Under the pieces are notes generated by a model. That model was not told the DNA's origin, did not search any database, and saw only the letters and a program-made list of their open reading frames with translations. A DNA stretch of 63,910 bases, filler included. It is 4 parts of 4 records of this genome, joined end to end, with 100 filler letters (N's around TTAATTAATTAA, not from the genome) between each part and the next. Parts side by side here need not be neighbours in the genome. Positions count along the whole stretch, not along the records: positions 27,723 to 39,808 come from DRR378314_269; positions 39,909 to 58,083 come from DRR378314_271; 2 more parts are not named here. One strand, given 5' to 3'. Below are positions 32,224 to 44,755 of this stretch, piece by piece. How positions within the stretch are numbered: the first letter of the stretch is position 1; each line of letters begins with the position of its first letter. The position numbers were made by a program, and so were the translations under genes.

Positions 32224-35200
32224 ATGCGCCGCAGTGCGTCGCTTGAATCTCCGCGCACTTCGCAAGTCGAGGAAGTCTCGCGCACAGATATGCAGCCTTC
32301 GGAAGAGCCAACGGCCGCAGAGCCGTCGAAGCACGGCGTCTCATTTGCCGCTGCGACAGACAGCCCTGCGGCAGCTGCAGCAGCGTCAGCTTCCGCCACA
32401 AGCTCAACAGGCGTTGTGGAAGCCCCTGCGGCAGGGGCGTACGAAAAGCTTCGTGTGCTTGGCCGAGGTGCTGTAGCCAAAGGTGCGGCGTTCCTCGTTA
32501 CTCTCGCCGGTAGGGCCGCTGACGCCACGGCGCCGGCGGGCACGGAACGCGCCGGCGCCGCGCACCCAAAAAGAACGTCGCGATCCCTCTATCACTCGAA
32601 CAGCCTGCGATACCTCTTTTTTTCTGGCATATGTTGCAAGCGCGTTCGTTTCACAGGCACCCTGCATCGGCACAGCGCCTGCGAGCTGGCGAACGCGCGA
32701 CTCCGAGACACTTGGAAGCCAAGCTCCTTTGCCGAAACCTGTTTCTTTTTTCCCATGTTTTCTGCCATGTGTGCGCCTATTTACCGCGCTGTTTTTTTTT
32801 CCCTCACTCTCGCTATGGAACGACATTTTTATCGGTGCAGTGTACCTCGTGCGAAATCGAAAGACGGGCGAACTGCATGCCATGAAGGTCATGTCGAAGA
32901 AGGAAATGCTGCGAAGGAAGCGCATACATCGTGTTCTCAACGAAAAGGAAACGCTGGCAACCCTCTCGCATCCCTTTGTTATCAACTTTTACGCATCATT
33001 CCAAACAGTTGCGTTTGCTTCTGCCGACAAAACCCGGTAACCCCTTGCGACAATATGTACAGAGCGTCAATGCTCTCAAATTTGCAGTCGAACATGTTTA
33101 TCCCTGGCAGATACGCCTCCCACTTGCAGGCGCTCCTGTCGCACGGGCGCAACCACGAGGAACTTGTGTAAGTAAAGCTCCCCATAGTCTCTCTTACGAC
33201 ATCTCCTAAGACGCCCCCCCCAAACCAAACTGTCCATTTTCGTTTCCTTGCTGCAGGCGGCCAAAATTTACTTCGTCATGGAACACTGCAAAGGTGGTGA
33301 TTTTCTTTCCCTGCTGGAAGATCAGCCGATGGAACGCTTGGACGAGGTGCAGACGAGATTCTACGCCGCCGAAGTGCTCTCCGGGCTCGAGTACATCCAC
33401 AGTATGGTACGGTAGGCCCCCAGGCGATACAGTCCGCATCTGGAACGCCATCCGATCTCCCGCAAGGTACTCGCAGCCTACATGGCGCACCGTGTCCGTA
33501 GACTTGCATATCGTACGCAAGGTACTTGTAGCCTACAAGGAGAATCGTGCCCGCGCGCTCTCGCATCGTCAGTTGCAAGCGCGCGACGAACGTAGCAGTG
33601 CGCCCGCGTGCTCTAGAGGTCACTGTGCCAGCGCTGCGGCGGAATTCCGGTGTAGTGCTGCGCCCAAGACCCGAGCACGGGAAAAAAAGGTGGTAACGAT
33701 AACGCGCAACGCACACGAGGCTGTCTTGCGGCCCGGTACCCAAGCAGCAGAATACTCTTTTCCGACGGCGTAGTTCTGTGAAAGATTGCATTGGCTCTTT
33801 TTTCTCTGTATTATTTCGGGTGTGTTGTTTGTTTGTTTGCTTGTTTTGTTTGTTTGTGTGTTTGTTTGTCGTTGGTGTTATTCTGGATCGCCAAATCTGC
33901 GATGTACGCCTTTGACATGGGCGCGGCTCGCGCAACGTTTGTGTCGCCACCATTGGCATTCCTGACAATCGCCCAGCAGTGATCCGCATGCGATAAGCGT
34001 TCGTTGTCCTCCGGATTTGGGGAGCGCGCACTCCCGCGACTGCACAAACTCTGCGCAGCTCTTCGCGAATTCCTCCATCGCCGCTAGGGGGTAGCCCCGC
34101 AGTCTTGGTTGCCCAGGTGGGTTTCCTGACCCTCGCGCGCCCTTGCTAGTTGGCAACCGGGCCCCCCCCTTGGTCTCGACTAGCTGACCCTATGGTTTCC
34201 CTCCCGTCACATCGTCCACGCGCGCCTCCCCCTCGTTGCTCCGCAGGGTTACATCCACCGCGACCTGAAGCCGGAGAATATCCTCGTCACTGGCGATGGG
34301 CATCTTCGCATTACGGACTTCGACGTTTCCACCCGCTTAGATACGTCCTCCAAGGCGCTGCTGCATCCGAGCCACCTGCGCCTGACAAGCAACGCATCAG
34401 ACAAGCGCCGCAAGGGCCGAGAAGAGCGAGAACTCAAGTATTCGCTCGTGGGGACACCGCAGTACATCGCGCCCGAGGTTATCAACGGCGAAGGACACGG
34501 ACGCGACGTGGACTGGTGGTCGCTCGGGATCCTTATCTTTGAAATGCTCTACGGATTTACCCCGTTTCAGGCCAAGGGAATGATGAAGACGTTTATGCAG
34601 ATCCAAGCCGGAAAATTCGAGTTCCCGGCCGAGCCCGCCGTCAGCAATGAGTGCAAGGATGTGATACGCCGCCTGCTTGTCGTCGATCCAGCCCAGCGTC
34701 TTGGGCACGTTGGAGGAGCCGAAGAAATCAAGTCGCACGCCTTTTTCGCGGGGGTCCACTTTGACAAGCTTGCCAATACGCAGGCGCCGTGCAAACCCTT
34801 TGTCCCGGAAGACCCCAAGCAGGGAGCGGACAGTGACGATGACACCGACGACTCGTTCGCGCGCGATGACGACGAACTTGCCCAGGATGGAAAGGATGAT
34901 CCGTTTCTGTTTTACAATTTCAACTTCTCCAAGCTCGTTCAAAATGTCAAGGAAATGCTCGGCGCGGACGACGATGACCAGGAGAACGCCACCGAACTCA
35001 AGACAATCGACCGCCCTGCCCCAAACAAGGTGTGGAGCGTCCAGGCGCGGCGTAGCATTGCGCGCAGCAAAGAATGTGCGCATAGTATGATTGCGTCTGT
35101 GCCTACTATGCGCCCCAGTCGGCATCCGCGCGAGTTCCGTGGTTCGCAGTACCCGGGATTCCGCAAAGCGCGTGCTCCGCACCGCAGCCCTTTCTTCTGC

Positions 35201-37992
35201 TCGCCTTCACACGGATGCGCCCGGTCGGTATCGTGGCTGCTGCTCCATGTAGAACTTTCGACTCGTCCACAAGCTCGACAAGATGCGCGATCAGCTTTCA
35301 GAAGCCACGGTGCGCCAGGAGCGCCTGGAAAAGGACAAGCGCGTCCTTGCCGAGGTACGTAGCTGCATTGTCTCAACCTACGCAGCTCGGGCCGCTTTCC
35401 CTTGCGCCTGTCCAACATGCAGCGTCGTATCTCCGCGCCTTTGGGGAGCTACTGTGGGTTGCCGCGCGCAGCGCACAGTGCACGTACTTGCGTGCCTCTA
35501 TCTCGAAGTGAGGTCTGGTAGCGAGCATGCTGGCAATGGCATACCGTCAGCTGGCCCAGAGAACGACAACAGAGTCGGGGCATCGAATTGTTTGACCTGC
35601 TGTCTCCTCACACTGCATCTCTATCTCTTCGTGCCCGAGTGCAGGAGCTCAGCGCGCTCAACCGCGTTGTCGACAATATGAAACGATGCCGCACCCTGGA
35701 CGCCGTGTACTCCTTGCACGCTGTCCCTTCCAGCGCCAACGCCGCCGCCCTACCGCCGGGCCGCCGCGGCCCGCTCACGCTAGATTCATCCAGCGCCGTG
35801 CAGCAGCGAGATGAAATGTCCGCTGTCGCCGTCGAGGCAGCCCCAACGCGCGGGTCCATGGGCGCGCCGCTCGCTCGCCCAGGCAGGAAAGTCAGCGCCG
35901 CCAGCGACGGCGCGGTGTCGCGCACGTCCGCCGCGGCAATCGAGGTCGGGCGCGACAACTACAGGCGGTACGTGGGTCGCGTCATAGGAGCACGATGCGG
36001 CAGTGTGAGCAGCTGCGTGAGATTCATGTCGAACGACGGGTCGCTCCAGACGGAACTATTCTTCTTTTGTGGGGCCGGAAGCGCACCGCAAGATCACAGA
36101 GCTCCTCTGCATGCCGCTGATACCGGACGCCGCGCTGTGCCCCTGCCCTTTTTTTTACCGGCGGTATGATTCCCTATGTTCTTGCAGAATCATGGAGGCC
36201 ACAGTCACACAGCTTCTCGATTCGGCACTAGCGTCAACGACGCCCGGTACACCGGCAAGCACAACCGCATGGGTGCACGACAAGGCCGTTGATGGCCTCG
36301 TCATCGAGCGCAGGTGCGCGGCAATTCAGAACAATGCACTTCACACGTCCTTTGCATACCTGCGTGCCCGCTGTGACAGAGGTGCAGCAGCGTTGGAGCG
36401 ATGCGTGGATGCAGCCATAGCGAAACGTTTCCTCTTTGGCCTGCTTGTCGTGCAGAGCCCCATTGCTGCCCTCTGCTGCAGCGTGGCGTCCGCCCCGCAT
36501 GCCTCTGCGTCCCATGACGCGGAAGCCTCTCCGCCCTCCTTGTCGGAAAGTTTGTGCAACAAGAGCGGCGCGCGTGGAAGTTATGGTGTTCTCGTCCGCG
36601 TGCGCCAGCTGTCTCCGAGGCCTCCCTCTCATGCTCTCTCGCCGTTCGCGCCGTTCGCGCCGTTAACAGAGACGACGAAGACGTTCCGTGCATGAGAGCG
36701 CACGTGTACGTTCGCGCGGCGCCGCAACGTGTATTCGAGCTCGTAAAGCGGGTGACGTCGGCCCGCGAAGCGCTCGCAGGTCAGGCAGCCTCCGTGGGGA
36801 TCGAAAAGGAAATCGTGGAAGAGCTCGATGCATCTGCATGCATCGTCCGCCTTCTCTACAACTCCAAGAGCGCGCTTGTAGCGAACCGCGATTTTTGCGT
36901 ACTGCACGCAGCCTTTGCCGCCAGTGCTAGCGCGGCAGCCGCGGATGCGCTGGGTGACGAGAGCTCCGACAACACGTACCTGAAGATGATGTGCTCTGTC
37001 GCCCACGAGTCGCTGCCCGATGTCCAGGGCTGCGTCCGCGGCTTTCTATTCCCGTCAGGCTTCGTCATTCGAAGTGCTACCGACGCGGAGCGCGCAGTCC
37101 TCCGCATGGATCCCGCCGCTGACCAGGCGCGCATGCTGCAGCGCGAGGAGGCGCTCCTCTTCGACTCACCGTTCCCGCGAGAGAATGCTGCACGCGCCCC
37201 GCTTCTGCCCACGCACGCGGCGCTGGCAGCGCCTACTCCTGGCGACGCGGCAGCTGCTCCACACCGCGCCCAGCGGAAACTGCGCGACAACGACGTCCAG
37301 GATATGGTGTACAACGGGCGCGCAAGGTATGTCCTGCACCGCACCCGTACAAAATGCGTCAGGGAGGTGCTGCCCCAGCTACCTGCAGCTGCACTGGGCG
37401 CAAAGTGCTCTGCTGGCCCGAGAAAGGCGATCTTGACGAAATGCTGATCACCGTCACGGACGCGCGCTGTTCTCCTCCCTGCGGCGCCCTGTGCGCATGC
37501 AGCAATGTCTCCGATCGCACGCCTCTCTTCAGTGACACAGTCGACGAGTCGAGAGGAACACTCGACAGCGCTGTTGGTGCAGACACTCGCCTTCGCAGCG
37601 ACTCTGACGTGCGCGCGAGTGCAGAATCCAACGCGTTCGAAATCACCTTCCGGACCATCGGAAGAGGGCTGCGAAATCTTCTCGGTATCACCGAAGATGA
37701 CGACGATGAGAGCGAGAATTCGGCGCCGGTGCACGACGACTACGACGGCCCCATCACGCGCGTCACGTTTGTGCTCAAATGCGATCTGATGGGCTGGATT
37801 CCGGCGTTCTTCGCAAAGGATACCATGGAGGCGCAGCTTTCAGTGCTTCTCGGCATTCGCGATATTGCAGAGGAAAATGAAGCGCGCGCGCGCGCGTTCT
37901 CCTCGGCCTCCGCGCCCGTCGACTTTGAAGTCGATCCGGAAAAGATTGGCCGCGACGTACCTGCCCTTCGAAATGGAGAGGCTTGGGAGTGA
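32224..37992 (+). CDS. Eukaryotic AGC Ser/Thr kinase (DFD-type, Fpk1/Kin82/phototropin-like kinase domain) fused to coiled coil and C-terminal START domain; 9 coding exons
   Basis: Hand-spliced exons 32224-32482, 32841-33007, 33257-33406, 34247-35029, 35253-35354, 35645-35967, 36188-36313, 36670-37326, 37503-37992, all GT-AG with matching phases. Reads LGRGAVAKVYLV..AMKVM..HPF..FVMEHC..HRDLKPEN..DFDVS..VGTPQYIAPE..DWWSLG; then START-like WVHDKAVDGLVIER..RDFCVL..SVAHESLP..VRG..SGFVI..TRVTFVLKCDLMGWIP. Confidence 0.85.
33819..33870 (+). repeat. Imperfect (GTTT)n microsatellite inside a kinase intron
   Basis: tgttgtttgtttgtttgcttgttttgtttgtttgtgtgtttgtttgtc. Confidence 0.8.
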
Positions 37993-38824
37993 GCGCCGCT
38001 GCACGGCAATGAACTCGTGAGCGGCTGCTGCTTCAATGGCGATCCGGCCATGAGCATTACGGTGCGCAAAATATCTACGTCAATGGATGGCCTGTGCCGT
38101 GCTGAGAGCTGTGAATTTCGATACTGTACGTTGTTCTTTGTACAGAGAAACTTATGCTGGGGCTCTTCGTCGGCGCTGGCGTCGTCGTCGTCGTCGTGCT
38201 ACCCGTTCCCAGCTCGTCGCGCAGGTGCTGTGCCTTGTGGGTTTGGTTCACCCTGCTTGCCATTGTTATTTTTTCCGAATATGTTTTCATCGATTTATTG
38301 TATACTCTGTGTACCTTCTTTTTTTTTCATCGCAAGGCCCCTTCGGGTATTTCTCTCTGTATGCATACATGGCAGTGGTGTATATGCGAGTATGTGTGCA
38401 AGCCTGGTGCGCACACAAGGGCGTGGCAAGCCAAAGGGACAGACCGCACACGAGAGCCCACGAAAACGAAACACCGCCACAAGCTCCCCGGCGAATCCTT
38501 TTCGCAAGCGATGTGCGCGCATATTGCGCAATGTGGAGACTCGCGGGTTCCCCCGCACGCAACGCGAAGGCACAAAGAGGCGATAGCGTACAAAATCCGG
38601 AAACAGAATGGTAGAGCACAAGTTCACTCACGGACGCCGTTGTCCGGCCATCTTCTCAACTCGCACCGTGTCCCAGAAGTATAAAAGACGTAGCCCATAC
38701 GAAGCTCCTCCAAAGACACTGTTGCAGTAACGCGCGACACTCTGCCCGCACAAGCACACGCACACACAGCGGGGCCCGGCCTTTCTCATCTGTGCGCCCC
38801 AGCGCCCCCGCCGGGATGCAACTG

Positions 38825-39748
38825 CTACGCATTGCTCCCGTAACTGGCCTTCGCCGGCGCAGCTTCCTCGCCGTACATCTTGTCCATACGCGCATGCTAC
38901 ATCGCATCCACAGAAGCGAAAAGAAAAGAGTAGCATAAAGCGTACGCAGAAGTCGACCCGTCAAGATAAATACGACAGCCATGTACAGAGCACCACGGAG
39001 CACACAGAATGTTCACAGCGCAGCGCTGGTGCACAGCGACCCCGCGCGCAAGCAGGCCGAGATCTGACTGCACACCAGCGGTTGCCACGAACGCAGGCAA
39101 ACGCACCGGGAGGATTGGTTGCGACATCGCACCTCGCCGGTCATACCGGCGGCGCCACCGCGCAATAGCGACTACCGCAGCAATAGCAATTGTCATAGAC
39201 ACAATAATACCGATAAAATGAGGGGTAGATACACCGAGCACTGTGTCGGTATTACCGCGCGGTGCTTGCGGGCACGACGCATCGCACGTCGAGCACGGGC
39301 ACGAATCCTGCGTTGTGGACAACATGGATCGCAAGTGGCAAGCGTTCACGCACCGTCGTCAGGTGTTCCCCAGGCGCAAAATACAAAGGCCTAAGTCGCG
39401 GAAAATGCAACGCCTGACAACAATTATTGACACGAAACCAACAGGATCCGCAAGGGCATCACGAAAAAGGCGCGCCCATATCGACAGATCCCGCGTCGCA
39501 CGTCCACGGTCGAGTACAGGCGCGTGCTTCTCGGGCAACCAGGCGACGGCGAAGGTTATCGTCGGGGAAACACCCGAGCGCACCTTGCAGCTTCGAACAT
39601 TGGCGCCGAGGTCGAAACAATCAGGAAAAGATTTATCCACATACACCATCTTCAGGTCGTATTCTGGATTCTGCTGCGCCTGAAAGTCAAAGAACCCCCG
39701 GCTCGTGTGGAAGTAGTCCTTGACCGTGGCTCCACTCTCGTACATGAT
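38825..39748 (-). CDS. 3' part of a single-pass membrane protein with a Cys-rich NPC1 N-terminal-domain-like ectodomain end
   Basis: Phase-0 exons 39748-39584, 39307-39107, 38896-38825: ...FFDFQAQQNPEYDLKMVY...ANVRSCK|DSCPCSTCDASCP...FIGIIVSMTIAIAAVVAIA-RWRRR...QPILP|HARMDK...SNA*; upstream exons lie beyond the contig end. Confidence 0.6.
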
Positions 39749-39808
39749 CTGCGTCGCATCATGACCGCCCCGAAATAGGCGCCGGCAAGCTTGTGAGTAG
39801 CGAGCGAG

Positions 39809-39908
39809 NNNNNNNNNNNNNNNNNNNNNNNNNNNNNNNNNNNNNNNNNNNNTTAATTAATTAANNNNNNNNNNNNNNNNNNNNNNNNNNNNNNNNNNNN
39901 NNNNNNNN
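39809..39908. other. Artificial contig spacer
   Basis: N44-TTAATTAATTAA-N44; the next contig starts in a poly-A run (39909-39929). Confidence 0.99.
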
Positions 39909-40129
39909 AAAAAAAAAAAAAAAAAAAAACCGGACGAACAGCCCCACGCCACAATTGGAGAAGCAGCGGCATCGTGATATACACAAATGGATGACTTGGA
40001 TTATTAACAAAAACATGTCACAACAATAATCGGGTGAACAGCAATGGAAAACCATCCAATATGGGAATACGCCTTGCGCGACTGAGCAGGAAAACCTTGT
40101 ACCTGTCGTCGTGCCCATTTTTGTGCTCG

Positions 40130-41780
40130 TCAATCGGCTGCGAATGAAAGATTGCTCCATGGAAATGTGGTGAACCTATTCCCTTCGAACCTGCATAAAA
40201 CGACGGCGCATTGTTGTAGAACGTGAACACGTAAACTGTTTGGTGGACCATTTTGCACGGGCGGCAAAACTCTATCCGAAACGTTGGATGCGCAAATGAG
40301 TAATTTTGTTTCATTTTCTTTTCTTTTCTTAGAAAAAGGGGGCTCTTGCACGTTTGTCGCTATGCGACGACTTTGCGCTACAATGATAGTACAATGGCGC
40401 ATACCGCTCAACCTGGACCAGTTCTCTTGTGTGAGACTCGTGAGCGGCTCCTGCCCTGTGGTTCTCGTACTTCGGGGCGCTATCGCACACCAGGGCTCGA
40501 GCGCGGCGCGAACGCGCTGCATGGCACAATCGGCTACTACGTCGATGAGTTGGCAAACTCCAATACCTCTTCTACAGCAAGACGCATCCTTGACTGTGCC
40601 CTGTTTTATGTACACCAGCACTAGCAACGTACTGACTTGGTTTCGAAATGCATGTAGCTTGGACGCAAGATTCACCGAATGTGGTTCACGAGTTGGCAGG
40701 CGCCGCCTTTCTGCTTGCCGCTGCACATTCTTCGTGGGCCAGTGCACCTGCTGCCTGAACCGGAGGCGAGACGAAAGTCGGTCGTCGCGCGAATCGCTCG
40801 CCAATGCAGTTGCTTCTTTCGAAGTCTCAGTTGATATTTGTTTTTCTGTACTTTTGCGATGATTTCGTACCGAGGCAAGCAAAACCCGACGCCGTTCTGA
40901 GAGCGCCGAGGGCCGACTTTGCGCCGTACCTCCTCGCGACGCGTCGGTCTCGTACATTTCTGCGATCAGTCGCTTTGCCTCTTCGACCTTTGATTGATCT
41001 GCTCCCCGATGGCTTTCCGCCAACATGCTATCGGATTCGCCAATCATCTGACAATCAGATACTGTCACGAGATATTGCAGTTACCAGGTCGCCCTAGTAA
41101 TCGTGCGCGCAAAAGGTAAGCTGCGCGCGCTCGCGCTCTTGCCTCCTCTTGCGGGCTCCCGCACTGGCGCGACTGCACACAAGAATGCGACGAGCCCCTG
41201 AAGCTCCGATCTCCCGGCACCGTGGTACAATTGGAATATGATCGGACCTCTAGTACGCAATCGGTTGTATTGACAGTCGCTCGTTGATTCGCTCCCTGCG
41301 GTGCGAAATTGCCACAGCCAGCTCGAAGAAAGAGCTTGCGCACAGCTCGGTGCGACTGCTTACAGGAGCGGCAACGACTGCACAAGTGTGCCTGTGCATC
41401 TACAAATGCAGCTTTTTCTCAGTATTTCCCTATCGTGCCACCTCCGTGCCGCGATGTATACAGATTATTTCCAGTTGGGTGAATAAGGATCGAGAGGAGG
41501 CACCAGGGATGGGTTGCTCTGCGCAGCGCTGGCAACGACCTCGCAGCGTGCGGCGCTGTCGTCGTCAGGGCCGCGCGCGAGCGGAGAGCCGTGCAGAAGC
41601 CCGCGGCCCCCGGGCGGCAGCGGCGGCAACTTCCGTACCCCCAGTACGACTGGCTCTGGCTGGCCGCCGCTGCAACCAGGCGCGAGCGCACGCAGACAAG
41701 GCCACTTCTACGTCGGCACTCTGGCGCACGCCATCGCTTCCGTAGCGTAGCCCGGTCGGTGGCTCGGCACTTGTGTCCAT
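40130..41780 (-). CDS. Possible intron-containing gene of unknown function, head-to-head with TFIIE-beta
   Basis: Open, charged exon-like stretch at about 40640-41070 (SKVEEAKRLIAEMYETD...) and a candidate first exon MDTSAEPP... at 41780; no recognisable domain. Confidence 0.3.
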
Positions 41781-41928
41781 TCTTGCAATTTGCACGTAGC
41801 GTTTGGCTTTTTCTGTCAAGCGGCTGCGAGAACGGCGCGACCTCGGCGCACGGCGTCGCACTTTTCACGCTCTCTGCCTTCACGCTCGTGCCGACCTGCC
41901 GTGCGGCAGCGAAGCGACTTTTGCCGCC

Positions 41929-44306
41929 ATGGACGAGCTCAAAAAGCGTCGTCTGGCCTTTCAGCGGCGAATGATCAACGTATGTGCTTTTGGAATGTCG
42001 TTTTCATCACTCTTGGTCGTTACGAGAACGCCAATGGGCGGGTGTTTCGAGCTCGTAGTTCGCCTGCGCTGCCCCACTTCTCGCGTGAAGGTGTCGCTTT
42101 ATCCAGGTGGCTCCGCGCACGGCTGTACACCGCATGCGCGGGCCCGCTCCGACCAAATACGTAGTCATGCAAGAATAAGACGTCCGTATAATTTGCAAAG
42201 ATTTCGCCTGCGCGCAGCCAGGATGCGCAGTACGCTTCGTGCGCAGGCTGCGCACGACTCGAGCCCAAGCAGGCGCCTCGCTTACCTGGCAGACACTCAC
42301 TCGCACGCGGCGGCGCGTGCGCACTACCGCGTGCGCCTGTGAAATGACGCGCTTCCTGCTGCGCCGTTTGCAGATGAACAAGCTGACGGACCAGGGAATG
42401 CGGGTATCTGAAAATAAGCGCATGAAAGAGGAGAAGAAGCGAGAACAGGACATCAGTGCGCGGGTGCGCGCGCCAGCCGTCACTGTATCCCGCATTCTGT
42501 TTCAGATCGTCCAGTTCCTCTCGTCAACGCGGCAGCCGGCCTCCGCGGCAACACTGCAGGCAGCGCTTGGCATCGATATGGGCAACGAAAACCTCCTCCG
42601 ACTGCTACAGAAGAATCCCAAAGTCTTGTACAATACCAGGGATAAAACCTATGAAATTCGTCGAAAGCATGTCGACGTTGTTGACTCCGAGTACGTGCGC
42701 GCGTCGGTGAGGGGCTGCATGGCGCAGAGGCTCGTGCGGCACCTCTTCGCTTTACTCGGCCACGCGGAGACGGTGCTTTCCTGTCGCTTCCCCCTGATCG
42801 TTTTCGCGATTTCTTATCAGAATGAGCCACCATCGTGCTCCTAGCGCTCGTATGCCACTAGAAATACCCATGGGAAAGTGGAAGAGAGTCGCTGATGTCT
42901 TCACCTTTGTGCGCGCGTGCTTCTTACACTGCGCGTGTTTGCGTGCCGATGTACGTGCGGATTCGCCGCAAACCCGTGCGCGCGGAGCAGCTCGCTGCTG
43001 GAGAAGCTCGAATCGGTCGGCGGAGGCGTTCCTCTCGATGAACTAGAAGAGGCATACGTTGGTGCAAAGAAAGATGTCGAGGCTCTGGAGGCGCAAGGCT
43101 TCGTGAAGCGGGTGAAGAATGCGGGCTCGCGCCGAGATGTCGTCTTCTTGTGGGAAGGTACGGCGCTCCGTGTCCGGCTGTTCATTCTCCCAATTCTGCT
43201 CTCCCATGGATGAAGCACTGCAGTACATATTTGCAGCAGTGTATCTGAATGCGGGTAGCTCTCTCCACGTTTGAGAAAGGAGAATCGCCAGATGCGGAGA
43301 GAGCCCTGCACCTAAAATGTAGGATAAAAGGCCGAGCCACTGTCCGGATCAGTTCGGGACTTCCGGCGTAGCTATATGTACTGCAACCCCCCTCTTCCGC
43401 GCAAAGTCGAGGCGTTGCATGTGTGAGGGCGATAGAATCAATGATGCTGGTAGTGCATTTGTTTGTATGCTTTCTGCTCCGACGAAGCTGGTGTGAAATG
43501 AATTCCACCAAATATGCTGTACGAGTACTGCCACCAGTATCTTTATTCTTCGCCAATGTTCGTGCATTCGTACCTTTTCAGAGGACATGGATTGGGTAAG
43601 CGCGGTTGTACGATAGAGAATTAACTGTAACCATGCCATCTACCGCTATGCAGGAAAAGGTGGGCGCTTCGGTCGGCCATGTCGGTGCTTGGCGGTCGTC
43701 TTTGCGCCATGCGTCCTCTTGCATTCCGCGCGATGCGCAACAGGTCTCCAGGCACGATTGTCGTACGATCTTCGCTGTTTTCTGTATACAGCTTCCCTGG
43801 TCAGGATATTGTCAATGATATGTTTTCTGGTACTGCTTTCTACGCAATGCAGAGGGAGACCGTATCGTTTCTGTGGCGGACGAGGCGGTGCGCGCGCTGC
43901 TCACGGAGATCGAGTTTCCGAAGACCAGCGAGAGCGCCGTATCGATTCTGCGCGAAAATAATAAGCGCGAGGTCCAGACGCTGGACGTGTTTATCCAGGA
44001 GAGTGAAGAGGGCGGTATGTTGGCGTTCGGCACGGGCCTTCGTGCAGTGGCGCGTCCACTCACTCGTGCACTGCGCGAAGGGCGTCTCCACGAGGAGAAC
44101 GTGCGAGGCGGCCGCTCGGCTGTGCTTGCGACAGGGCGTGGGGCGCGGCGTCTCTCCTCCACCTCACTTCGCCCTCCCCCCCCCCGTGTGCCCTGCCTGT
44201 CGCAGACGATGGCCGGAAACGGAAGCGATCACGGCGTCCGACGAAGCTTACCAATACGCACATTGACCTCGAGGCGATGGAGAAGCGTGTTGCGTACAAG
44301 GAGTAG
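41929..44306 (+). CDS. Transcription initiation factor IIE beta subunit (TFA2/GTF2E2-like), 5 exons
   Basis: Kozak GCCGCCATGG; exons 41929-41979, 42374-42690, 42991-43157, 43853-44014, 44206-44306 with matching phases; winged helix ..LQKNPKV.Y..; GGVPLDELEEAY; C-terminal RKRKRSRRPTKLTNTHI. Confidence 0.85.
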
Positions 44307-44755
44307 CGGCGCGGTGCGCCAGTAGGAGGCGCGACCACGCACAGGGCGAGGGTTCGCCGCTCCGTGTGACTGCAGCGGCGAAACTTCCCTCCGCGCTGCA
44401 TTACAATGTGCTACAGCAATCTGTACCCGCATTATGCAGGGAGTGACTTTGGCTGTATCGCGTTGCTTATTTTATTTTACGTGCGCGAAAGAAAAAAAAA
44501 ACATCTGCGGCCAGCAGTTGCAACCCGTCTGCTGGATCCCTTTCGCGTGCTTCCAGCGCCGAAACAAAAACGCAACGGCTCAGGGGCGGGAGCGCTCCGG
44601 CGCTGTCGCTGCGGGCACTCAGCAACGAGTGCAATATATCTTGCTATGACTTGGCGAGGTGATATATCATAAACCACAATGCGTGATGTCGTCAGCCGAC
44701 CGTTTTCTGCTGCGCATATCGCTGCATTCCTCATCTCTCCTTTCTGTCCCTTGCA

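Noticed and set aside
31501-33171. 556-aa ORF and the many overlapping 60-300 aa ORFs in contigs 2-4
   Set aside because: Read-through of introns and GC-rich shadow frames; only exon-sized parts carry recognisable motifs
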